Source: Candidatus Cloacimonadales bacterium
Lineage (GTDB): Bacteria; Cloacimonadota; Cloacimonadia; Cloacimonadales; JAFGVF01
DNA length: 64,000 bases
Direction of reading: 5' to 3'
NCBI GenBank assembly: GCA_963677495.2
Contig: CAXXOU010000004.1
Location: 928,001 to 992,000 of the forward strand
Shown: piece by piece, positions 1 through 11,644 of the stretch
Layout: each line of letters opens with the position of its first letter
Numbering within the stretch: position 1 is the first letter of the stretch
The notes under the pieces: model-generated
Database searches by the model: none
Seen by the model: only the letters and a program-made list of their open reading frames with translations
What the model was told of the DNA's origin: nothing
Position numbers and translations under genes: made by a program

Positions 1-832
1 TATAATCTGCTACTGCAGCGGTCATAATAACTATATTTTGTGATGCATAATGTTTCATCACTTCATAATGCATTTCTTCAGCTGTTACTGCTTTAATTGG
101 ATTCAAATATTCAGGTATGGTTTCATTCATTCTGCTATGTATAAATGTGACTTCAGCACCGCGCCAATATGCTGTTCTTGCAAGGGATAAGCCCATTTTT
201 CCACTTGAATGGTTTGTTATGAAACGCATTGGGTCAATATCTTCCTGCGAAGCACCGGCTGTAATCAAAACTTTCTTCCCTTTCATATCTTGATTGCTTG
301 CTGTAATTGCACGTATTGCATGAACAATTTCGATAGGTGCCGGTAATCTTCCTTTTCCTTCATATCCACATGCAAGCATGCCTTTATCAGGTTCTATTAT
401 ATAGTTCCCACGTTCCGCAAGAAGTTTTAAATTTGCTTGGGTAGCTGGGTTTGCATACATATAGATATTCATTGCAGGAGCAAAAAGAATTGGTCTGGGA
501 CTTGCAAGGATAGTTGAACTTAGTAAATCATCTGCGATACCCTGTGCCGTCTTAGCAATGATATTCCCAGTAGCAGGGGCTATTACAATCAAGTCAGCCC
601 ATCCTGCCCAATCAACATGTGCGATTGGCTCATCCAGCTGAAACTCATGCGTTAGTACCTTGTTTCCTGTTATTGCAGCAAAGTTTATTGGTCCAACGAA
701 CTCCTGAGCATGCTTTGTCAAAATTGTTCTAACAACAGCACCTTCTTTCTTAAGTCTGCTTGCAATCTCAATTGCTTTGTATGCAGCAATTCCGCCTGTA
801 ACTCCAAGTAATATTTTTTTATCTTTAAGCAT
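1..832 (-). CDS. coaBC: Bifunctional phosphopantothenoylcysteine decarboxylase/ligase, 5' part (runs off the window edge)
   Basis: Hand-translated from ATG at 832: MLKDKKILLGVTGGIAAYKAIEI...APATGNIIAK...PAMN...LACGYEGKGRL...LITAGASQEDIDPMRFITNHSSGKMG. Absent from the ORF track because it is truncated. Confidence 0.95.
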   Translation of the reverse strand, partial: MLKDKKILLGVTGGIAAYKAIEIASRLKKEGAVVRTILTKHAQEFVGPINFAAITGNKVLTHEFQLDEPIAHVDWAGWADLIVIAPATGNIIAKTAQGIADDLLSSTILASPRPILFAPAMNIYMYANPATQANLKLLAERGNYIIEPDKGMLACGYEGKGRLPAPIEIVHAIRAITASNQDMKGKKVLITAGASQEDIDPMRFITNHSSGKMGLSLARTAYWRGAEVTFIHSRMNETIPEYLNPIKAVTAEEMHYEVMKHYASQNIVIMTAAVADY

Positions 833-1171
833 GTTAACCTACTATCTTCAATTTGTTAAAGATTATTTCCTATTAGTTTCATGTCAAATGAATTCGGATT
901 ATGTGTAATTATATGACTTAGGATGTAATATTTGGACATGGAATCTTTTATTGCTTTGTTGTATTAAATACCTTACAAACTAATTATTGTCATTCCCTAA
1001 TCTTTCTAAGTCTGGATTGTAACAATAAATTTTCATTGATTAATATTGATTTAAAATCGTTTGATATTCATAGTAACGATTATGCTTTAGTACTGCTGTT
1101 ATAGATGCTTCTCGGAAAATTTCTTAATTAAATTGACATTTGATGCTAATCAGTAATTATAGGATTCAATT

Positions 1172-1990
1172 ATGAATACAAAAAGCAATCCAATTGGAAT
1201 ATTTGATTCCGGGGTTGGCGGACTTACAGTTTTTAAAACAATCCGCCAGACATTTCCAGCCGAAAATATTGTTTATTTCGGTGATACAGCCCGAGTCCCT
1301 TATGGACCTAAATCTAAAAACACAGTTATAGAATATTCTATTCAGAACGCTAGTTTTCTGATTCAACAGAATGCAAAGATAATTATAGTTGCTTGCAACA
1401 CTTCTTCAGCAGTGGCATTGCCATACATTAGAAAGATTACTAACATACCGGTTATTGGTGTGATTGTTCCCGGTGCAATAGCAGCCGTAAACTCAACCAG
1501 AAATGGTAAGATTGGTATAATTGGTACAGAAGGTACAGTTAGAAGTGAAGCCTATCCCAATGAGATATTAGCGTTAAAAGAGAATGCTGAGACCCATTCA
1601 ACACCATGTCCTTTATTTGTTTCACTTGCGGAAGAAGGCTGGGAAAACAGCAATGAAGCTGAGACTATAGCACAAACTTACTTGAAAAACTTGATAGATA
1701 AAGGTGTCGATACAATAGTTCTCGGATGTACACATTATCCAATCCTTAAGCAAACTATTCAAAAGGTTGTTGGAGAAGGTATAAGACTAGTAGATAGTTC
1801 AGAGGCTATTATTGATAGCCTTAGGATGATACTTCCCGATCCTGCCAGTGGCAAGATTGGGCATGATTATTTCTTCGTAAGTGATAATGAAGAGAAATTC
1901 TATACACTAGCTTCACGCATTCTGGAAAAAGAGATATATTCCTTGCAGAAAGTTAAGCTCAGAGAGACATGGTTTGTTGATAATAATTAA
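1172..1990 (+). CDS. murI: Glutamate racemase
   Basis: IGIFDSGVGGLTV, ACNT and LGCTHYP catalytic motifs. Confidence 0.97.
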   Translation: MNTKSNPIGIFDSGVGGLTVFKTIRQTFPAENIVYFGDTARVPYGPKSKNTVIEYSIQNASFLIQQNAKIIIVACNTSSAVALPYIRKITNIPVIGVIVPGAIAAVNSTRNGKIGIIGTEGTVRSEAYPNEILALKENAETHSTPCPLFVSLAEEGWENSNEAETIAQTYLKNLIDKGVDTIVLGCTHYPILKQTIQKVVGEGIRLVDSSEAIIDSLRMILPDPASGKIGHDYFFVSDNEEKFYTLASRILEKEIYSLQKVKLRETWFVDNN

Positions 1991-2016
1991 TTTAAATTAC
2001 AATATAGATGAGGTGA

Positions 2017-3615
<1,599 letters not shown>

Positions 3616-3627
3616 AGTTGATTATAG

Positions 3628-3659
3628 AAAAGGGGATGCTTGATTCAGTATCCCCTTTT
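3628..3659. terminator. Bidirectional intrinsic terminator between convergent pyrG and photolyase
   Basis: AAAAGGGGATGCT-TGATTC-AGTATCCCCTTTT. Confidence 0.85.
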
Positions 3660-3664
3660 GTAAT

Positions 3665-5020
3665 TCAAAGTTTATCAATGCTTTGAATATAAGAGACCAT
3701 GTCAAACTTACGCTTTAGACCCTTATCGTTCATGTAACGTACCTTCCCATAAATGGATCGCTCTTTCCAAGCAGTATCATGCTTACCGAAACACCACGCT
3801 ATTCCTGCATAACCATTGGGACTGAAACCATCAATTGAGTATTTATTGTTTAAATAGATTGCAATCTGGTAAGCATCAATCGGATTTTCTGACCATTCCA
3901 GAATTTTTTTCCCCCAGTACATGCGCATGTAACCATGCATTTTACCGGTAAGGATCATTTCTCTTTGGGCTGCATTCCAGTATGTATCGTGAGTGCTTGC
4001 TTTCTCAAATTTATCTAATGAATATACTATTTCTCTTGAATCGTCACTGTGATCAAGTAGGGTTTGTTTTGCCCATTTCGGAAGTGAATTAAAGTTATCA
4101 TAGTTTTCATTAAAATAAACAAAGTTATGTGATAACTCTCGTCTAACGATGAGTTGTTCGAGGAACCTATCACTGTTTATATCTCCGAGTTTGGAAACCC
4201 TATTGATAATTCTTATTGGTGAGATTTGACCAAAGTTTAAGTATGGACTTAAGTCTGATTGATAGTTCTCTCCGACAAGATTACGACCTTCATTATAGTG
4301 GGGAAGACCTTGTTTAACAAAGCTCTCCATGTGTTTTATTGCTCTTCGTTCACCTGATACAAAACTAACAGGTTTTGCAACTTCATTGATTCCCAGTTTA
4401 TCTGCAAATAACTTGATCTTTGGGTAAAATGAGAAATCTTTAGGGAATTGAAGATTCAAACTCTGATGCTCCAATATCGGTGTTTTAACTCTTTTGGTAA
4501 AACTTGAGAGTTTCTCATGTATTTTGGGTCTGAACGTCCTAGCTGCATACTCTTCTTTATCTGAAGCGATCATGACAGGAACTGTAATGTCTGATTCTAT
4601 GAGTGTAAATCTACAAGGTAAACTCAACTGTTTACGAATCTGTCTATCTTCTTTTAAATAAGCAAAGTCTCCAACAACTTCAACTGCATTTTTAGCAAAT
4701 TTAGTGACCCCTTTCACTCTAGTTGTCATTTCTATATGTAGTTGTATACCTCCTGAATAAAGATCTTTTCTAAGTTTATTCATACCTCGAAGTAGAAAAT
4801 CATATTGTCTCGAGTTAAATAAGGGGTAAGTAATATCGATTATATATAATACTAGTAATGGTTTAGAGTACTTATTAGCGAGCTCAATAGCAAAGTTTAA
4901 AGCATAGTTGTCCCTAATTCTCTGGCTTTTATCCATCCAATATAGAACATATTTACCAGCTGGATTATAAGATGCATTATTCTGATGATGAACTCTTTCT
5001 ATTGCTACCATAATAATCAA
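3665..5020 (-). CDS. phrB: Class II CPD deoxyribodipyrimidine photolyase (start may be 5011)
   Basis: VLYWM..QRIRDNYAL, SDLSPYLNFGQIS, WNAAQREM..GKMHGYMRMYWGKK, IYGKVRYM. Confidence 0.93.
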   Translation of the reverse strand: MIIMVAIERVHHQNNASYNPAGKYVLYWMDKSQRIRDNYALNFAIELANKYSKPLLVLYIIDITYPLFNSRQYDFLLRGMNKLRKDLYSGGIQLHIEMTTRVKGVTKFAKNAVEVVGDFAYLKEDRQIRKQLSLPCRFTLIESDITVPVMIASDKEEYAARTFRPKIHEKLSSFTKRVKTPILEHQSLNLQFPKDFSFYPKIKLFADKLGINEVAKPVSFVSGERRAIKHMESFVKQGLPHYNEGRNLVGENYQSDLSPYLNFGQISPIRIINRVSKLGDINSDRFLEQLIVRRELSHNFVYFNENYDNFNSLPKWAKQTLLDHSDDSREIVYSLDKFEKASTHDTYWNAAQREMILTGKMHGYMRMYWGKKILEWSENPIDAYQIAIYLNNKYSIDGFSPNGYAGIAWCFGKHDTAWKERSIYGKVRYMNDKGLKRKFDMVSYIQSIDKL

Positions 5021-5351
5021 CCCCTTTGTGAGTTATATATCTATAGTATAATTCGTATGTCATGGAATGCAATTATTAAGGGTGGTTAAAAAATTTCTAA
5101 TAGTTTAAACTTTGCTCCGGCAACAGATATTCAACTTTTTTATTTCAAATTAGTTATAATAAAGTATACCAGCAGAAGTTTTATCGAAAACAACTTATCC
5201 TTTAACATTGAAACGTTTGCAGTTAACATTAATCGCTTGTCTACAATGGTTATATGTGAGTATCAATATATGAATCCTGCGGGTCACATAATATCTTAAG
5301 AATAAACTCTTCATCAAGATACTAGTACAGAGCTCTAGCACATCTAATTTC

Positions 5352-5418
5352 AATCCAAAACTCCATCCCTTTAACGGGTTTCTAACGGGAAGCTAATGGG
5401 GAGCAGATTAGTAGTTAG
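5352..5418. repeat. 11-bp-period array, TAACGGG family, copy 1
   Basis: TAA(C/T)GGG at 5372, 5383, 5394; flanks align with the IS-interrupted copy at 58320-58330/60699-60765. Confidence 0.75.
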
Positions 5419-5810
5419 CAGCGAAAAACCTATAGCTGGTAGTGATAATTATATATGATTAATTTTGGTATCCAAGACAGTGTGTTAAAGACTTTAATTT
5501 AGTTTCATTGCTCTATCATAATAATCGTGACTCAGGTGTCTGATCCTAATGAGTCTCTTGGGCCTTCCTGGGGAAAATTGATAAGAAAGTCTCCATAATT
5601 GTTGCTGCAAAGGTATTGTGAAAATTCTTTATTATGATAGGGCATAGAGGGATTTTAATTGAGTTGAAGAGTGTTTTAGTCTTCATTTAATAAGAGCGAA
5701 GTATTGTTTCAAAGTATATAAACATGAAACGAATGTAGCACTTTTAGTGCTCTTTGTGGCTTCACTTTTTTTTTAAGAATGGTATTTATACTATGAGCAC
5801 GAGTAAATCT

Positions 5811-5843
5811 AAAAAATAGGCTGATGATATATTCATCAGCCTG
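5811..5843 (-). terminator. Intrinsic terminator of the RDD gene
   Basis: AGGCTGATGA-TATAT-TCATCAGCCT stem with an adjacent A-tract (U-tract on the minus strand). Confidence 0.8.
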
Positions 5844-5873
5844 TATACCTCGGATGAGGGTTATGAAGAAGAT

Positions 5874-7688
5874 CTATAACTTGATTCTACGTTGTTCAAA
5901 TGTGTCCTCATTGAAAGGACCATCGAAGCTGATGTATCTTGTTTCAGGATCCCAGCTAAAAGGTTTATCTGTATAGAGATTAAACATATTCTTTTGTTTG
6001 CTGTTTAGGAATTTAACAATACTCTCTGCATCCATTTTATCTCGTTTAATTTTTGATACTGCTTGCATTAAACCTACTCGCACTTCAAGATCTCTTACTT
6101 TAACTGCATATCTATTGTATGTTGCAATATAGTTTTCAGATAGTATTACACCGAGTGGATTATATAAGTATTCAAAGAATGTGTACTTGTCTTCAATTTG
6201 GTCATCTAATTTATCAACCATTTCATTTGTTGGAAGTTCAGAGAAACTTGCATTCTGCTCATGCATCGTATAAGCATGGTTAACTATGTTGTTTCCTTTA
6301 AAGAAGAGAGGGTTTGCTTTAGCTATCTCTTGCCTGGAAATAGAATAATCCAATATAGCTTCAGAGCTATCAAATAGGCGAGTTATAAAGGCAGCAGCCA
6401 AATTATACTCATGCATATAACCTTTACGCATACTCCATGCTTCCTTTGAGAAAGGTTTCATGCCATCTATATAATCTAATAACCTTGTATCTACATTCTC
6501 TTCGTATGTAATAAGTTTATCAACACCTTTCTGATGAATCATCATCATTATTGTACTAACAAGCTTGAATATAAGAGAATCTGATTGTTCCATAAGATGC
6601 ATACAAACAGCTTCACCTTTTTGCATCAACTTAATAGCTTCATCTCTGTCTCCATCAATATACTCACTAACAAAGTTAAAAACATATAGACGTTCAAACA
6701 TAACCATAGGCATCATAATTGGAACAGGTGAGATCATATCAGGAATAATCTTATGCTCATACTTATCATATTCGAGGAACTTGTAGTATCTATCTCTAAG
6801 ATAACTATAGTTATTATAATGTTTTTTAATCAATTCTCTGTTCTCTTTTGCAAAGGTTATGAACTGTTCATCAGTTAGCTGATGCATTACATCTAACTCA
6901 GGATCAAGTTTATCAACAGGTGAGTTTAAAGCACTTAACTGTTCATTCACATCAATACCACTATCAGGAGCTAAGATATTGAGTATCTTTTCATTCATAT
7001 CTACAGTTCTTTTGAAACCAACCTCAAACGGGCTTTGGTCTTCCGGGATACCAAACGCACTTACTAAGTAGAATCCGTTTTCTTGAGGATACTCATCGGG
7101 TGCATAATTAATCAAAGCAGCTTCAGCTTCATTGGAAAGGGGTTCTTCATATTGCCAGATGATATTGACTGCAATGAGGATTAGAATGGAGATAAGCATG
7201 AAGACTTTACCCACTTTCCAACGGCTGTAATCTGTTTCTGTTCTTTTAGGTATATCATTATTCTTAGCTTTTCTTGAAATAATCATTGTTGAGGCCAGCT
7301 TATCTGCAAAGTTCTGTTGGCGTGAATCGAATAGTGACCATATGAATCCAATCAATAGTGAGAACCAAGATAGAAAGAACCCTGCATATCTGAGTAGTGA
7401 TATTAATAATATTGGTTTCTTACCTGTTTGCGTTTCAATCATTCTCAAGTCTAAACATAACATCCCTACTGTAGCTCCGAACACATACCACATTAAGATT
7501 GAATATACAGCTGGTATAACAAATATTGTTAACATGAAAGCAATTTGAAGCTTCCCGCCAAATAAAGCTCCCTTATTCAAGAGAAGATATACAATATAAA
7601 ATAAACCAACCCATAAAGCAATATCAATAATGAAAGCTCCTAATCGTCTTAATAATAGTAAATTCTGTTTTGTTTCAACTTGTTCCAT
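5874..7688 (-). CDS. RDD-family membrane protein fused to a large extracytoplasmic helical domain
   Basis: RRLGAFIID...GATVGM...LLRY...RQQNFADKLAST RDD motif, then another TM helix and ~420 soluble residues. Confidence 0.8.
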   Translation of the reverse strand: MEQVETKQNLLLLRRLGAFIIDIALWVGLFYIVYLLLNKGALFGGKLQIAFMLTIFVIPAVYSILMWYVFGATVGMLCLDLRMIETQTGKKPILLISLLRYAGFFLSWFSLLIGFIWSLFDSRQQNFADKLASTMIISRKAKNNDIPKRTETDYSRWKVGKVFMLISILILIAVNIIWQYEEPLSNEAEAALINYAPDEYPQENGFYLVSAFGIPEDQSPFEVGFKRTVDMNEKILNILAPDSGIDVNEQLSALNSPVDKLDPELDVMHQLTDEQFITFAKENRELIKKHYNNYSYLRDRYYKFLEYDKYEHKIIPDMISPVPIMMPMVMFERLYVFNFVSEYIDGDRDEAIKLMQKGEAVCMHLMEQSDSLIFKLVSTIMMMIHQKGVDKLITYEENVDTRLLDYIDGMKPFSKEAWSMRKGYMHEYNLAAAFITRLFDSSEAILDYSISRQEIAKANPLFFKGNNIVNHAYTMHEQNASFSELPTNEMVDKLDDQIEDKYTFFEYLYNPLGVILSENYIATYNRYAVKVRDLEVRVGLMQAVSKIKRDKMDAESIVKFLNSKQKNMFNLYTDKPFSWDPETRYISFDGPFNEDTFEQRRIKL

Positions 7689-7727
7689 AAAATACTCCTT
7701 TCGACTAATGTTTTCGTCTTATCATAC

Positions 7728-7744
7728 TGCAAGCAATGTTCCAA
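7728..7744 (-). promoter_or_regulatory. Sigma54 (-24/-12) promoter of the RDD gene
   Basis: Minus strand TTGGAACATTGCTTGCA = GG-N10-GC, 40 bp upstream of the start. Confidence 0.75.
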
Positions 7745-7797
7745 AACGCTAAGACTAAGAAACGTAAGTATATAACGTAATTATGTCTGTTTCACAG

Positions 7798-7834
7798 TGT
7801 CTCAAAATGAACATTAAGTGTTCGATAATGAACA
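7798..7834. promoter_or_regulatory. Tandem dyad enhancer sites for the adjacent NtrC-family activator
   Basis: TGTCTCAAAATGAACA (7798) and TGTTCGATAATGAACA (7819): TGT-N10-ACA, 21 bp apart. Confidence 0.6.
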
Positions 7835-7889
7835 GTTTTATCAGATTGACAACTATCTTAGTAATTCTTAGATAGCGTCAGGAGTATTT

Positions 7890-9260
7890 ATGATTACTGA
7901 TGCACGTATTTTAATTATCGATGATGATGAAGATATTATCTTCTCACTTAGAGTAATGTTAGATTCTATTTGTTCTAATATGGAATCTACCATTGATCCA
8001 AGGGATATCCCTTCGCTAATACGTCGGAACAGCTATGATGTTGTTCTGCTTGATATGAACTTTAATGATGATGCTATTAGTGGGGAAGAGGGGTTCTATT
8101 GGCTTAGTAGAATCAAAGAGATAAATCCTGAGCTTCCCGTAATTTTGATTACAGCTTATGGGGATATAGAACGTGCTATCAGAGCAATTCATTCAGGTGC
8201 ATATGACTTTATTACCAAGCCCTGGCAGAACGAGAAGATTATTGCGACTGTTAATGCAGCTACAAATTATGCAAGAGCAGAACAGAAGGTAAATATTACA
8301 AAAGCTCAACGTGATTACCTAAAAAAAGATATTGAACACGACTTCTCAGATATTATTGGTGATTCTGAGGTTATGCAGGGAGTACTTAAGACAGTCAGGA
8401 CTGTAGCTTCTACAGAAGCAGATGTTCTGATTATTGGAGAGAACGGTACTGGGAAAGAGCTGATTGCAAGAGCGTTACATAAGAATTCCAATAGGGCAGA
8501 TGAGGTGTTCCTCTCGGTGGATATGGGTGCTGTAAACGGGAACTTATTTGAATCAGAGTTGTTTGGACATGTAAAAGGTGCGTTTACAGGTGCTAATAAA
8601 TCACGTGTCGGTAAACTAGTTGCAGCTAACGGTGGTACCCTATTCTTAGATGAGATAGGAAACCTGGCTTTGGAGCAACAAGTGAAGCTCCTAAAAGTAC
8701 TTGAGGATAGACAAAATGTTTCTTTAGGCTCAAATGTAAAAGAAGAAATAGATGTCAGACTAATTAGTGCAACAAATAGTAATCTGGATTTGGATGTTGA
8801 AGAGGGTAAATTTAGAGCTGATCTTTTATTTAGAATAAATACAATAGAAATTCATCTTCCTCCGCTCCGTGACAGGCTAAAAGATGTTCCTAAGCTTTGT
8901 AACTACTTTCTGGAGCTATACAACAACAAATATAACAAGCAGATAAAAGGTCTCACAAACAGTGCTTTAAGCAAACTCATGGGATACCATTTTCCGGGGA
9001 ATATAAGAGAGTTAAAACATATTATTCATAGAGCTGTAATTCTTTGTGAAGATAAAGCAATCAACTCTAATCACATAAATCTCAAAAATAGAATGAAAGG
9101 TAGTAAGTTGAAGCTTGATACCCTCAACATCGAAGCAGCTGAGGAAGCACTTATTAGGGAAGCGATACAGAAATATCAAGGTAACATGACTAAAGCAGCT
9201 AAAGCTCTTGGCATAAACAGGACATCTTTATACAGAAGGATTGAGAAATATGGCTTATAA
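7890..9260 (+). CDS. Sigma54-dependent NtrC-family response regulator (REC-AAA+-Fis HTH)
   Basis: IIDDD/LLDMN receiver, GENGTGKE, ESELFGHVKGAFTGA, LFLDEIG, FPGNIREL, C-terminal HTH. Confidence 0.95.
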   Translation: MITDARILIIDDDEDIIFSLRVMLDSICSNMESTIDPRDIPSLIRRNSYDVVLLDMNFNDDAISGEEGFYWLSRIKEINPELPVILITAYGDIERAIRAIHSGAYDFITKPWQNEKIIATVNAATNYARAEQKVNITKAQRDYLKKDIEHDFSDIIGDSEVMQGVLKTVRTVASTEADVLIIGENGTGKELIARALHKNSNRADEVFLSVDMGAVNGNLFESELFGHVKGAFTGANKSRVGKLVAANGGTLFLDEIGNLALEQQVKLLKVLEDRQNVSLGSNVKEEIDVRLISATNSNLDLDVEEGKFRADLLFRINTIEIHLPPLRDRLKDVPKLCNYFLELYNNKYNKQIKGLTNSALSKLMGYHFPGNIRELKHIIHRAVILCEDKAINSNHINLKNRMKGSKLKLDTLNIEAAEEALIREAIQKYQGNMTKAAKALGINRTSLYRRIEKYGL

Positions 9261-10584
9261 AATTGGCTCAATAAGTAAAGTAACATTCGTTGTAAACCTA
9301 TTCATGTGTATATGTGCAGGAGCATCAGCGTACTTCTTTGCACAGAAAGACTATTTCTCAGCTTGGGTTTCACTTTTGGCTACTGCTATTCTGATTTCAG
9401 GAATTCCAATCTACATTAAAAGAATGATTAGTAACATCACATCTTTGGTCAATTCTTACAATCAGAACTGGAAGAGTAAAGAGGTGGAATTACCAGGATT
9501 TGCTGATGAACTTATAGAGCTAAATCGTGAGTTGATCAGTATGAAGGCACGTATTGAAGATACATGTAAAACAAATGCCATGAGTGCTGTAATCATTGAG
9601 AAGATTATTGAGCATTTACCTTTTGCTGTATTAGTATATGATGAGCAAGCTAAGGTATACTATTCAAATGATATCCTTGTTAATCTAATTGGAGAAAAGG
9701 TCGATTATATCACAGCAGCTAGTCTTAGAAACAGGGAACTTATGAGAAAGATCTCTTTACTGGAAGATGGAAAACAGATAGTCTTTTCGGATAATTCCCA
9801 AGACTTAAGTCGTGAGTTTTTACTATCAAAAAATAGTTTCAGTTTTGATAACAACACACACTTTTTAGTAACAATGAAGGATATCAAGTCCGAGATGGAC
9901 ACACAGGAATCAGTTTCTTGGCAGAAACTCATAAGAGTATTGAACCATGAGATTGCCAATTCTCTTACTCCCATTGCGTCACTTTCTGACACTCTTCTTA
10001 TACAAATGGATAATCCGACTGAGAGTTTTAAATCTAACCTATCATCTTCACTCAAACTTTTCTCTAAAAGAACAAAAGGCCTTATGAAGTTTGTTAAGCG
10101 ATACAGACAACTTGCTGTTATCGAAAAACCTGAACTCAAACCGACAGAACTTAAAGTAATTATTAAAGATACAATCTCATTGTTTGAGAAGGAGTTTGAA
10201 GATAAGGAAATTTCAGTTTCATTAAACGCAACTGAGAGCTCTGCATTTGTAAATGTAGATCAAGCAATGTTCCAACAAGTATTAATAAATCTGATGAAAA
10301 ACTCTATTGAGTCCATGAATCAGTCAGTGCGTAAGAAGCTTTTCATAAACTTAGTAGAGCAGGAAACAGATTCAGTTATAACAATATTGGATACAGGTTC
10401 AGGAATAAGTCCAGATGCTCTTCCGAACATATTTATCCCATTTTTTACTACTAAGAAAGATGGCTCAGGTATTGGACTTGCAATAACAAAACAGATAATC
10501 AGACTTCATAGAGGGGATATAACTGCAACTTCAATTCCTAATGAGGAAACAGTGTTCAAGATTACTTTACCTAATTCATATTAG
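9241..10584 (+). CDS. Membrane sensor histidine kinase (NtrY-like)
   Basis: Two N-terminal TM helices, LNHEIANSLTPI H-box, NLMKNS, DTGSGI, FIPFFTTKKDGSGIGL. Confidence 0.93.
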   Translation: MRNMAYKIGSISKVTFVVNLFMCICAGASAYFFAQKDYFSAWVSLLATAILISGIPIYIKRMISNITSLVNSYNQNWKSKEVELPGFADELIELNRELISMKARIEDTCKTNAMSAVIIEKIIEHLPFAVLVYDEQAKVYYSNDILVNLIGEKVDYITAASLRNRELMRKISLLEDGKQIVFSDNSQDLSREFLLSKNSFSFDNNTHFLVTMKDIKSEMDTQESVSWQKLIRVLNHEIANSLTPIASLSDTLLIQMDNPTESFKSNLSSSLKLFSKRTKGLMKFVKRYRQLAVIEKPELKPTELKVIIKDTISLFEKEFEDKEISVSLNATESSAFVNVDQAMFQQVLINLMKNSIESMNQSVRKKLFINLVEQETDSVITILDTGSGISPDALPNIFIPFFTTKKDGSGIGLAITKQIIRLHRGDITATSIPNEETVFKITLPNSY

Positions 10585-10648
10585 GTATTAACTGCGGGAA
10601 GAATTCTATTGTTCTGTGAAAGTAAAGTGTTGAATAGTAAGATTCAAG

Positions 10649-11644
10649 CTATTTAATCACAGTGAAACCATTAAGTGGACCTTTATCAGAAAGAGTGAAA
10701 TAGCAGGCAACTACGTTCTTATACTTTGCATATAATCTAGCAAGTGTAGGCATATTTATTCCCCCGGACTTTACCTCAATCAATGAATCATTCTCCAATC
10801 GATATAGTTTCGTATGTGATGGACCGGATAATGATTTATGGATAATAGAATAGTAAGTATCCATTTCTGATTGTATCATCGAGAAGTTTGTAGCCATATT
10901 AACATTGATATCTATCTGATTCATCTCTTTACCAGAATCTGATATATCTGTTATTTTCAGTACTCCCTGTCTATTCAAATAATGAATCCTTAGCTGATTA
11001 TTAAAAATCGATAGTTTACATGGCTCATTGTCTAGTGTATCAAATTGATATAGAAGCTGATGACTACCGGTATATATTGAAGACTTTGAGCTAACAACAT
11101 CATAAACTAATGAGTAGTTCGTTCTATTAGCACATGCTGAATCTCTATAATTTGTACCTTTCACAACTTGATTCTTTATAATCTTTAGATTCTCATCTAA
11201 CTCAATTAAACTTGCTTCCTTTATTTCTGATTGCCCACCAATCAAAATTGATTTATAATTAGTTTGTTTTAAAGATATAGCTTCTAGAGGTAGGGAGGTA
11301 GTACGTTGTAAAACTCCCATAGAATTAAAATCAAGTAAGTATGAAGTAAATTTACCTTTTGTTGAAAAAAGAACGCTAAAAGTATCATTTTGCTCTATAC
11401 TTCCCACAAAAACTAATGAATCACCTAGTGTCTTTTCATACTTCGTATTGTTCTGCCAATCAGTGAGTAGAAGATATGTCTCAAATGGCTTCTTGGAAAT
11501 ATCATAAGCAATGATAGAAACAGTCTCATTATTAGTCATAACTATGTTTTGATAGAGTAGTATTTTATTGGGCACTACTGTTTCTGTACATGCAAGCGTG
11601 AGAGTTAAGATAGCAATTAAGCTAAGGTAGGACAACAATTTCAT
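10649..11644 (-). CDS. Hypothetical lipoprotein, paralog of the upstream gene
   Basis: MKLLSYLSL...LTLAC lipobox; YDISKKPFETYLLLTD resembles YNLSKNPPETFLLQSD of the neighbour; start chosen at the second Met of the ORF. Confidence 0.7.
   Translation of the reverse strand: MKLLSYLSLIAILTLTLACTETVVPNKILLYQNIVMTNNETVSIIAYDISKKPFETYLLLTDWQNNTKYEKTLGDSLVFVGSIEQNDTFSVLFSTKGKFTSYLLDFNSMGVLQRTTSLPLEAISLKQTNYKSILIGGQSEIKEASLIELDENLKIIKNQVVKGTNYRDSACANRTNYSLVYDVVSSKSSIYTGSHQLLYQFDTLDNEPCKLSIFNNQLRIHYLNRQGVLKITDISDSGKEMNQIDINVNMATNFSMIQSEMDTYYSIIHKSLSGPSHTKLYRLENDSLIEVKSGGINMPTLARLYAKYKNVVACYFTLSDKGPLNGFTVIK

Noticed and set aside
833..1171. ncRNA in the coaBC-murI gap or in 5021-5873
   Set aside because: AT-rich with no recognisable RNA structure beyond the noted array and terminator; consistent with promoter DNA.
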